From Sporopachydermia quercuum (Eukaryota): a stretch of 29,678 nt of DNA. Shown in pieces: positions 21,901 to 29,678 of this stretch (position 1 is its first letter; each line of letters starts with the position of its first letter). The notes under the pieces were generated by a model. That model saw only the letters and a list, made by a program, of their open reading frames with translations. It ran no database searches and had not been told where the DNA came from. The translations under genes and the position numbers were made by a program. The stretch spans positions 912,413 to 942,090 of the forward strand of contig BCGN01000009.1 in the NCBI GenBank assembly GCA_001599295.1, read 5' to 3'.

Positions 21901-24900
21901 TTTACCAAATTAGAGATTTGGCTTGCCAGCTTTCTGTTATGAAACAACTGAGCCAATTCGCCTGTTTCCATATCACGAAGTTTTTCCATGGGAGGGTTTT
22001 TGGAGTCCAAAACACGACAAACAGGTTCAGGAAGTTGCTGGAATTGCTTTAACGGATGTTCATGATGCCATAGTCTTCTGTCAATGCTTTGACATAGAAT
22101 TAACAATAGACGAGAGACAGAACCCCAACGACGACCTAGAGCAATAAGAAACAACGCCCTGACAATCCTAACTGAGTTTTGGGCAACATAATTGGCATCT
22201 GATCCTAATGCTGAGTCCTTGATGACAGCTTTTGATAAATACGCTTGCAGTAAAACATTTGTCTTGGTATGAGGTGAATCTACTGTACCAGGAACTTGGC
22301 AAGGAGAAGCTGTTTCTAATAATTCTTTCAGTTCTACTTGTTCTTCTTCTCTTGTTTTGATGTTATCGAATTCTCCAGACATACAGATAAGAGCTAAGAC
22401 ATCAGCTTCAGAAGCTAAAGGGTTAAGCAAATGATTGAACACTTCAACAGAATTGTTTAACAAGTAGAAATCAGAAGCTATGCGACCATTGTCCTTTGCT
22501 ATAAATGTCTCATTGCGCTCATCAAATATAATCATTTGAAGAGAATGGAGTCTCCGGCCAGCGGAAACAACGAGATTTCGACGTCGCTGTAAAAGCAGTG
22601 GATCATTTCGTAGTTCATCCCATGATATACCGTATGAAAAAGGATTCTTTCGCATTCTAACATACATATACGTGTACCCCAGCCATTTGATCCCTTCATC
22701 TACAGTTGTCACTGTGCCAAGGGAAATTTCAGCATTCAGATTATCAACCATCTTAGCAGCAAATTTACTTTCAATTGGATGTTGCTGCAGAATTGCTGAA
22801 ATATAATGGCCTAGCTTATCAGCAGATGTACACAGCACACCAGTACCAAATTTTTCGAATTGAGGTCTTCCTGCTCTTCCAAAAATTTGAATCACATCAG
22901 AAATTCCCAAATCAACATAACCACCTTGTTTCGCATCGTATATTTGGGTCCCTTTCACGATGACTCCACCAGCGGGAAGATTGACACCCCAAGCCAAAGT
23001 AGCCGTGCAAAAGAGAACCTTCAACGCTCCAGAAAGAAACATTTTTTCGGTTAGATTTCTATCTGATCTAGAAAGTCCGGCATGATGGATTCCTAACCCT
23101 GATTTGAATAATTCTCTCATGTCTTTATTCCTAGAAGCAGTCATCTCCCGTTCAAACTTGCTATAAGAGCTATTCTCTGAGCAATCGAAAAACTCGGTTT
23201 CCGATAGTTCCGCTGCCATATGCATGACTGTTCTAGCTGATTTCACGGTGTCTTTCCGTGAATGAACAAAGACCATCACTTGGAGATCTTGCCGAAGAAG
23301 TTCAAGCAGTTTATCATATGAAATCTTATCTAGATTTTCGTTTGCTATTTTACTACCTGCTTTACCTTTCACGCCAACAAATTGTTGTTTCAAAGGAACA
23401 GGACGGAAACTTTGGTCAAAGTAAAACATGCCAACTTCACGATTTACTCCTAGAAAATCAGCCACATCTATGAAGTTTGGTAAAGTAGCAGATAGACCTA
23501 AAATACGAATCATACTTTGAGAAGATTCCACCTGGCGTAAAGTTCGAGAGACAAGTGTTTCAATAACAGAGCCTCTGTCTTCGTTCAATAAATGGACCTC
23601 ATCAATAATAAGCAGTTTTACTTTTGATGTCAATTCATTATCCCCAGATGCTTTTCTAGTAACAACATCCCATTTTTCTGGCGTAGTAACTATCATCTGA
23701 GTGGCAATTATCTCTTGCTTTGTAAGCTGCATATCACCAGTCAACTCTCTAACATTGATTCCTAGCCAAGAAAGTCTACTAGAGAACTTTTCTACAATTT
23801 CAGAAGCCAATGCTTTCAAAGGAGCCACATAGACTATTTTGAATTCATTATATGAAATGTCATAAGCTATTGAGTCAATATCATTAACACCATTATCATC
23901 AACAGATTCAATACGCTGGGAAAATCTGTTGATTGTATTCAGAACGGTTAGCATCGCGACGTCTGTTTTACCAGCACCTGTAGGGGCACACACCAACATG
24001 TTTTCATTTGTATTATAACCAACAGGGAACACCAAAGATTGCATTCTATTCAGCGACTTATAACCTTTGAAAGTCCTTCGACAAATTGAATCCAACTCTT
24101 TGATTTCCACCAATCGTTCATTGATAACAAAATGTTTCCTTTCAGAGGGAGGAATAATAATCTCCTCGTAATTTTCTCCTAAATTACGCTCNGAGTTGGA
24201 AGGCAACACATATTTTGTCCCAAATTCTGACAAAACATTACCGGTATCATGAGATCTATAAACATGAGGATATGATGCTTTTGATTCAGCTTTTGGTAGA
24301 GGTTTATTTGACTGGGCAAGCTGCCTGTTTCTTAAAGCTCTTCTATCCATTTCAACTTTGGACAGTATAAGAGGATTATGAAGATCATGACTGAATTTCT
24401 TGTAATTATGATGCTCGTTAAAACTTGAACTTGAAGTGCCNCCATTATTAGTTGTTGAACTTTGTAAAGTTCTCAGGACGGCTGATTTATGCTCGATCAA
24501 TTCAGATATTAGGTCGAACTCTTCAAAACCAAGAGTATCAAATAGCAATGTTTGCAACTCCTCGTCCGAAGTAGTAGATTGCAAAATTGACAGAATTGAT
24601 GTCTTCAGTTCTTGTGGTGATATACCTGCTTTTCCGTCATTGCTGCTTCCTCCTATCCTCTCTATCCTATTAACAAGATTCTTTGCCACACTACTATCAC
24701 TTCCTGTGTCATATGCTGAACTAGATTCATCTCCACTCGAATTTGATCCATGATTGAACTCTTTTAACAGAACTTCAACAAATGAAAACAATTCATAATA
24801 TTTGTTCATATCAATGCTATCAACATTGTTAATATTACCTTTTTGTATTTCTAATATAGGCAAATCCTGAAGATGTTCTTCTTTTTTGATCTGTGATGCG

Positions 24901-24995
24901 CCTTGGATCATCAGATTGGCAGAGGCCAGGTAAGAATCAATATCTACGGCAACCATTATATCTTGCTGAGAAGTAGCCAGTAGATAAGTTACCAT
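18954..24995 (-). CDS. SLH1: Ski2-like dual-cassette helicase Slh1/Rqt2 (ASCC3 orthologue), ~2013 aa; alternative start at 24956
   Basis: Two helicase cassettes (APTGAGKT/DEVH and SPTGSGKT/DEIH), each followed by a Sec63-like region. N-terminal YPHVY motif of the ASCC3/Slh1 type; adjacent to EFG1. The ORF-track start at 25022 is not an ATG. Confidence 0.93.
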   Translation of the reverse strand: MVTYLLATSQQDIMVAVDIDSYLASANLMIQGASQIKKEEHLQDLPILEIQKGNINNVDSIDMNKYYELFSFVEVLLKEFNHGSNSSGDESSSAYDTGSDSSVAKNLVNRIERIGGSSNDGKAGISPQELKTSILSILQSTTSDEELQTLLFDTLGFEEFDLISELIEHKSAVLRTLQSSTTNNXGTSSSSFNEHHNYKKFSHDLHNPLILSKVEMDRRALRNRQLAQSNKPLPKAESKASYPHVYRSHDTGNVLSEFGTKYVLPSNXERNLGENYEEIIIPPSERKHFVINERLVEIKELDSICRRTFKGYKSLNRMQSLVFPVGYNTNENMLVCAPTGAGKTDVAMLTVLNTINRFSQRIESVDDNGVNDIDSIAYDISYNEFKIVYVAPLKALASEIVEKFSSRLSWLGINVRELTGDMQLTKQEIIATQMIVTTPEKWDVVTRKASGDNELTSKVKLLIIDEVHLLNEDRGSVIETLVSRTLRQVESSQSMIRILGLSATLPNFIDVADFLGVNREVGMFYFDQSFRPVPLKQQFVGVKGKAGSKIANENLDKISYDKLLELLRQDLQVMVFVHSRKDTVKSARTVMHMAAELSETEFFDCSENSSYSKFEREMTASRNKDMRELFKSGLGIHHAGLSRSDRNLTEKMFLSGALKVLFCTATLAWGVNLPAGGVIVKGTQIYDAKQGGYVDLGISDVIQIFGRAGRPQFEKFGTGVLCTSADKLGHYISAILQQHPIESKFAAKMVDNLNAEISLGTVTTVDEGIKWLGYTYMYVRMRKNPFSYGISWDELRNDPLLLQRRRNLVVSAGRRLHSLQMIIFDERNETFIAKDNGRIASDFYLLNNSVEVFNHLLNPLASEADVLALICMSGEFDNIKTREEEQVELKELLETASPCQVPGTVDSPHTKTNVLLQAYLSKAVIKDSALGSDANYVAQNSVRIVRALFLIALGRRWGSVSRLLLILCQSIDRRLWHHEHPLKQFQQLPEPVCRVLDSKNPPMEKLRDMETGELAQLFHNRKLASQISNLVNRFPTIGVTAECLPITKNVLRVHLELTPEFKWDVRFHGTALFFWVWAEDSVSNTIYHVEKFVLNRRQAGCDQRHALDFMIPLADPLPPQVNIRVLSDTWIGSETVTAVSFQHLIRPHNNPIITRLLPLQPLPITALHDAQIEALYQPKFRYFNPMQTMAFHTLYNTDGNVFVGSPTGSGKTIVAELAIWRAFKKYPGSKVVYIAPMKALVRERVDDWSTGLAARTGRHLVELTGDSSPEAHLVREADIIITTPEKFDGISRHWQSRKFVQDVSLVIMDEIHLLASDRGPILEMIVSRMNFLSTKIGRNIRLLGLSTAVSNTEDMAGWLGVKEGLFNFSQSVRPVPLQMYIDGFPDNLAFCPLMQAMNKPAFLAIKSHSPDKPVLIFVASRRQTRLTAQDLIHLIGMEQNPRRFLHMSDDELEAAVNRADDETLKLALQFGIGLHHAGLVESDRKLSHQLFASNKIQILIATSTLAWGVNLPAHLVIIKGTQFFDMKIEAYKDMELTDILQMMGRAGRPAFDTSGTAIVYTKESKKTFYKHFLNVGFPVESSLHKVLADHLGAEIASGVLTTRQQALEFLTWTFLFRRLHNNPTYYGIEEVSVAGINQYMVSMVDEALNALGESSCLNLLDDINLRPTPYLKIASYYYLSHKTIRNVLEKLKPRASFKECLRLLCEATEYDELSTRHNEDLINIELSQEVPYSGEEFNTFMWDPHVKAFLLLQAYMGRIELPIADYAQDNLAVLDQALRILQAYIDVCAEVGVQMLSTLLMFVWVMRCIKQRITFANDAVTNLPGVRLKEKGNSDEFYTVFDSNQQPQRLDKLLFSGLNSIGSLATREKEQLVKKLRVARSSSNEFIRIVKALPTGEVSVSVSTKKDAASAGQASKELHCTLTHHSTGTLSKDFKMYTPKFPKAQKESWFIIVGSTIDDEVYLLKRCGPRFAGRSIEISTKLLIPPELVGKTVQVFFINDAMEISYTVDVNLV

Positions 24996-25210
24996 TGTCA
25001 CATTATTTGAATTGCCTTTCAATTTAATTTGCTAATTTTCTATTTTAGTGAAAAGAGAGCAAATGTTTAATCGTACTCTGAAACCAGATCCATCATTTTC
25101 AACAGTATCTCAGCCAGTATCGGGTAAGAAGTGCCCAACATGAAGGGGATTAAGGTTTCAGAGTTCTGCATTATACTGCATCTTTCTGCAGAAAAATTGT
25201 CCTGTATTAC

Positions 25211-25218
25211 CACGTGAT
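25211..25218 (-). promoter_or_regulatory. Cbf1-type E-box (ATCACGTG) upstream of SLH1
   Basis: Matches RTCACGTG about 220 nt upstream of the ATG. Confidence 0.4.
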
Positions 25219-25662
25219 TTAACCGGACGATAATTCAAAGGACAAACTTGCCCACCGAAGAAGAGCACTGACCAGTCCTACTTTTTGTACGTAATCAAAT
25301 TTACTTGTGTACACTGAAAACATATGCATACATCATGCACAACAAATGCGGCCTGTAAACTATAAATAACAAGATATAATTTATGCATAACTATGCATGC
25401 AAGGGCAGTTTGTAAAATACTGCATACTCATGCATATAATTTCATAAACTTAGTTTATTTTCGTGTCTCAATCGATGAAGATAGTACCATATATATAACT
25501 AAGACTTGAAACTTGAACTTTCATAAATCAATAAAAAATATTGATCAGAATACTATAATGAATGCTATTGTAAAAAATATGTAGAGGAAATAGAATGAAA
25601 CATGCCATGTAGTGCCAAATAAGTATCCCTAGCATACGATTATCTTATCCTTTCAGAACATA

Positions 25663-25997
25663 TGTCGATACACATTTTGGTTTTTGTAAACACCTGTAAA
25701 ATCACTGAAGGTGTAGGCACGAGATATTGAACACTATTCATCGTAATTCAAAGCTTTGCTGAACAGTTAAATGAACTACTTGTGTGTGTTCCCTTTAAAA
25801 GGGCTATAGTTGAGCAATACAGTGAACTACTTGCTAGCGCGTTCCTCTGTATATAGAACTTAGCAATTATCTTATATTTCTCTATTGCTTACAATCAACC
25901 ACTGTTATGCGTAGCCTTGTAATTATTGTAATTGATTATGTATTCTACGATATGTATGAAACATAAGTATAAATAACAATAAGTAGAATAAACGACA
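25663..25997 (+). mobile_element. LTR-like element, 335 bp
   Basis: Perfect terminal inverted repeat TGTCG...CGACA, internal duplication TGAACTACTTG, and TATATA/AATAAA signals. Followed by AATAGTGCC (possible decayed PBS) and gypsy debris. No matching TSD. Confidence 0.6.
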
Positions 25998-26277
25998 AAT
26001 AGTGCCAAAATAAAATTACTAAGTAGAACTGTAAATTATCAGACGAGGGAATACCCTGGTACTCCAAAATATTGAGCAAACCGAAGGAATTTTACCTGAT
26101 TGGCCTTATCCATATTTACATGAAGAGTTATTCCAGAAAACTTTAGAATAATCAGGTACATTTAGAGCTAATCTTAACTCAATTGAACTGAAAGTTCTAG
26201 GTCCTTTCTTATTAGTTAAGCCATAATCCGTTTTCAATAATAGCTTTAACATACTTCATCTATAGATGCAATCAATC

Positions 26278-27322
26278 CTAAGACCATTACCTACACCTGA
26301 AGGTAGTTGGACTGACATTGCTCTTGATCTTCTCTCTGGGATCCCCACAAGTGATACTAGATTTGATCAAGTGTTAGTCATTGTTCATAGACTAACGGAT
26401 ATGTGATAAGAATTCACGGAGTCTCTCAAAGAATGATTAGTGGTAGAGATAAATTATTTGTTTCAAGAACTTGGAAGTCCATATTCAAAAAGGTGGGTGT
26501 ATTTTTTTAAAATTCCACCCATTCAATATTCCACTATGGCACTTCCTCAAACAGATGGTCAAGCGGAACGTGTAAACAGAGTGTAAGAGGAACTATTGAG
26601 AGGTTTTGTTCAGTAACAACCAAAACAATGGGATTAGTTACTACCATTACTTGAATTCGCTTGTAACAACACACAGCTCCTCTTCCAGATCGTGATTACA
26701 AACAATACAAGTATGGACAATTTATGGCTACGGAACAGTCAAATATAATGGATAATATTAAAAACACTGTTGCCGATACTCAACAACTCATGTTTTATTA
26801 TGCTAATCAAGGAAGATCTATACAAGAATACGAAGAAGGAGATGAAGTTCTCAAATAGAGACTATTACAACCGAGGAGGTCCGAAACAAAAATTGAGATA
26901 CCTAGCGTATGGCCTTTCATAAGAGCGAAGAAATTAGGACCTAATGCTCATAAATTATATATTGATGGAAAATTATCACAAACTTTTAACGTTAGAACGT
27001 TAAGACCTTATTGACCNACAACTACAGACTTTTATCACGGCGACATCTGTGGAACAATATCCTTATTACAGCGAGTATATGAAAGAATAATTAAGGTTCG
27101 TCCCTGGAAACAAGTGCATTGTTCAATGGAAAGATGCAGGTCCATTAGACAGAACAATAGTTCCAATAACAATTCTACAGGAAAGATTATCGAAATAAAA
27201 ATTGATAGATTTGAAGTCAAAATATAAGCACGCACATTTCAATAGACCTAAATCAGAATTATTGCCTGAAAATCTAGAAGTATAACACGAACTAGGTCGT
27301 TCTTTTGATAGAATGGGGGAGA
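26278..27322 (+). mobile_element. Degenerate Ty3/gypsy integrase through polypurine tract
   Basis: Translated fragments LRPLPTPEGSWTDIALDLLSGIP...VLVIVHRLT, MISGRDKLFVSRTWKSIF, PQTDGQAERVNR (26545-26580), QWD*LLPLLEFACNNT and KKLGPNAHKL...FNVRTLRPY. Stops and frameshifts throughout. PPT-like AGAATGGGGGAGA at 27310-27322 precedes TG at 27324. Confidence 0.9.
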
Positions 27323-27479
27323 TTGAAGACAATCGTAATAAAGCTTTTAACTCGAACTTTATCAATAATATTTTAAGTTCATACTTATTTAGGATGAACA
27401 GGAAGATACATGAAGTTACATATAAATGGATTATGTGATCAGTTATTGGCTACAATATTAGGTTAAGGTTGAACCTACG

Positions 27480-27817
27480 TGCATGAAAAGTTATAAAGTC
27501 TAAATGATAGAAAAAAGATACTCAAATGTGATTGAAGATATGATGATTATTATATAAGAAGAAAGAGAGAGGATAATAACACAAGAGCAGTGTCTGTGGC
27601 TAGAGAAAGATTTATAGTATTCTATAGATCATAATAGCACAAAGAAGAAAGTGTTTAAATAGGAGGAAGTAGCTGTAAAGCGACTGCAAAGCTCTCTTCT
27701 ACAGTTTATATAGCTCAAAAGACTAATATAGAAACTATGGCTTTTATGTTATATTCTGTATACATAATTACTTAATAAACTTAGAATTATTAAGGACAAC
27801 GCCTCCTACTTAATACA
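27480..27817 (-). mobile_element. Putative solo LTR, 338 bp, flanked by ACCTACG direct repeats
   Basis: TG...CA ends with an imperfect inverted repeat (TGCATGAA vs TGTATTAA). The minus strand has TATATAAA followed by CT-rich sequence. ACCTACG at 27473-27479 and 27818-27824. Confidence 0.55.
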
Positions 27818-29204
27818 ACCTACGCCATACAGCAGACCCTATCTTCTCCAGAATGCAGTTTTTGGCTAAATGCAGTTCAGAAAGAACTTGATGCATTTGA
27901 CCAAAACACCCTCAGACACGTTAAATAAATCTACAAGTATGTAGATAGCAACATATCAATTGATACAAAATGGGTTTTAATGAAAAATCAAATGGTACAT
28001 ACAAAGCTCGCCTTATAGTGATCAACAATCTCCGGACAAATATACCAAAGTATTTTAGCCCAACATTGCGACAAGAATTTTTATGTCTGATGTGTTTGTT
28101 ATCTAGCTAGCTGTACAGAAACTTCAACCAATTGCCCAACGTGATGTATCTAAGTCATAATTGAATGCAGACTTACAAGGAGATATCTATATTTAAGGCC
28201 CCACAGGATTAAAATATCATGGTGGAACAATGAAACTACAAAATGACTGACTTTCCATCTTTCACGTCAACTATATTAACGGACAGTACAACTATTTGAC
28301 AGAACCACATTAGCAAATAATATAAAGAATTCGGAAGACACTATTGGAAACTTACGGAAAAGATTCCCGTCAAAGTTCATTGCACCTACGGTTCCTAAAA
28401 TGAAGAAAAGAGGAGTTTGGACCAGAGGAATTTTGAGCACTACAATTTGCGAAATCTACAAATCTAACAGTCTTGTCAAAGCTATATTCACTAAGGAGAA
28501 ATTTATAAAAAAATATTGTGAAACATATAATATCTCCTTCTACTAAATACATGACACCTTTAAGCCCACATTTTTATTTTAATCCGGCAGAAAATCCATT
28601 AGAAATAACGGAAACTATATACTATAAGCGTAACAATTTAATACATAAACANATCGATATGTTAGTCCTCTACGACAAGTCCAGATATTGCATTGCATAC
28701 AGTCAAACATCCTGCAAGACTCATCGAAGATCCACAGGACATAATAACGTTACAAGCTCACCATTTATTAGGTTATACACTTTCAACTGCACATTATGGA
28801 TTGAAGTTTACATGTTCTGGGAAGCCGGAGATTATATTATATAACATCAGCTCTTAGTCCAAACTGAGGAATCCGAACTACTATATACTTACAAAGACGC
28901 TGACTAGAGTGAGTATCAAACTTCGGCTATTGGATCAAATGAAGCCATATGGCTGCAGAAGTATAGATTTACGTGCAAAATGTGTATAGGAATAAAATTA
29001 TATTGTGATAATACATCGACTATGAAATTTGTGTTAAGTGATCAATTCCATCGTAACAAACACTTGGATATTAGATTGAAGGTTGTAAGAGATAGAGAAC
29101 AATCTAAACAAATGGACCAAGAGCACATCTCATCGGCTCAGCAATTAGCTGATATGCTTACAAAACTANTAGACCCTAAAATCCTAAGAACCTGCTCGGA
29201 TTGA
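27818..29204 (+). mobile_element. Degenerate Ty1/copia-superfamily reverse transcriptase and RNase H
   Basis: Fragments WLNAVQKELDAF (27863), DTKWV, YKARL (28000), RDVSKS*LNADLQGDIYI (28140), TTSPDIA (28672), EAIWL and YCDNTS...KHLDIR...QLADMLTK (ORF 28980-29204). Many stops and frameshifts. Confidence 0.92.
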
Positions 29205-29607
29205 TTGAAGTTCTTCAGAATACTAATTAACAAACACGGTGATAATGTCAGACTCATTGATCCAGAAATTTAAGCTTTGTCAGCGGTTAGAAGATATAAA
29301 AGTTGGTTCACAAAAAAAAGAGAAAAGTGTCCGACAAGTCGAGTGAGACAAATAAGACAAATGCAACAAAATCTCCAGAAAGCCAGACCAAGCCTAACGT
29401 TCCCGACAGAAAGACCTGACTGAGTATCGACAAAAACAAAAAAAATAGATGAATCTGTATCATAATAATAATGCCCAATTTGCCATTTATAGTTTGTATA
29501 TCTAGCACATCTTTTTATATCTAGTTTANCCACAAAGAGAAATTAGAATTCAAAATTGAAATTCAGAAAGCAAAAAAGAGGCCAAAAAGGTAAATAGAGG
29601 GAAGAAG

Positions 29608-29621
29608 AAAAAAAATAAAAA
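29608..29621 (-). terminator. RNA polymerase III oligo-T terminator of the 5S gene
   Basis: T-runs immediately 3' of the 5S end on the - strand. Confidence 0.8.
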
Positions 29622-29678
29622 AGATTGCAGCACCTGAGTTTCGCGTATGGTCTCCCACTACACTACTCGGTCAGGCTC
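29622..29678 (-). rRNA. 5S rRNA, 3' half (truncated by window end)
   Basis: The reverse complement GAGCCTGACCGAGTAGTGTAGTGGGAGACCATACGCGAAACTCAGGTGCTGCAATCT matches the 3' half of yeast 5S rRNA. Confidence 0.97.

Noticed and set aside
25211..25218. CDEI of a point centromere (also GTCACATG near 16361)
   Set aside because: No adjacent very AT-rich CDEII or CDEIII; more likely promoter E-boxes.
29205..29420. KSWFTKKREKCPTSR, resembling homeodomain helix 3 or a RING tail
   Set aside because: Too short, with a stop upstream and no supporting motifs.

Overview
AT-rich budding-yeast (Saccharomycotina) nuclear DNA that uses the standard code (CUG=Leu). Nine protein genes are supported: CPD1 (1 intron), a PhoD-like YGR266W homologue, a BDH1-like butanediol dehydrogenase, HAS1, FOL2, HUA1, GOT1 (6 exons, absent from the ORF track), EFG1 and SLH1. 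Most of them match a block split in S. cerevisiae between chr VII (YGR266W-YGR271) and chr XIII (YMR290-292). The main discovery candidate is the CPD1-YGR266W gap. It folds on the + strand into a ~0.9-1.2 kb RNA with a long-range enclosing helix, a boundary helix next to a C-rich single strand, a three-way junction and an Sm-like site, consistent with an unannotated telomerase RNA. This rests on by-eye folding only, and no pseudoknot was established. Also present: a mitochondrial tRNA-Leu/tRNA-Gln insertion (NUMT) between EFG1 and SLH1, a cluster of Wor1/Mit1-like motifs upstream of BDH1, and a ~3.5 kb graveyard of Ty3/gypsy, Ty1/copia and LTR debris. The window ends inside a 5S rRNA gene.
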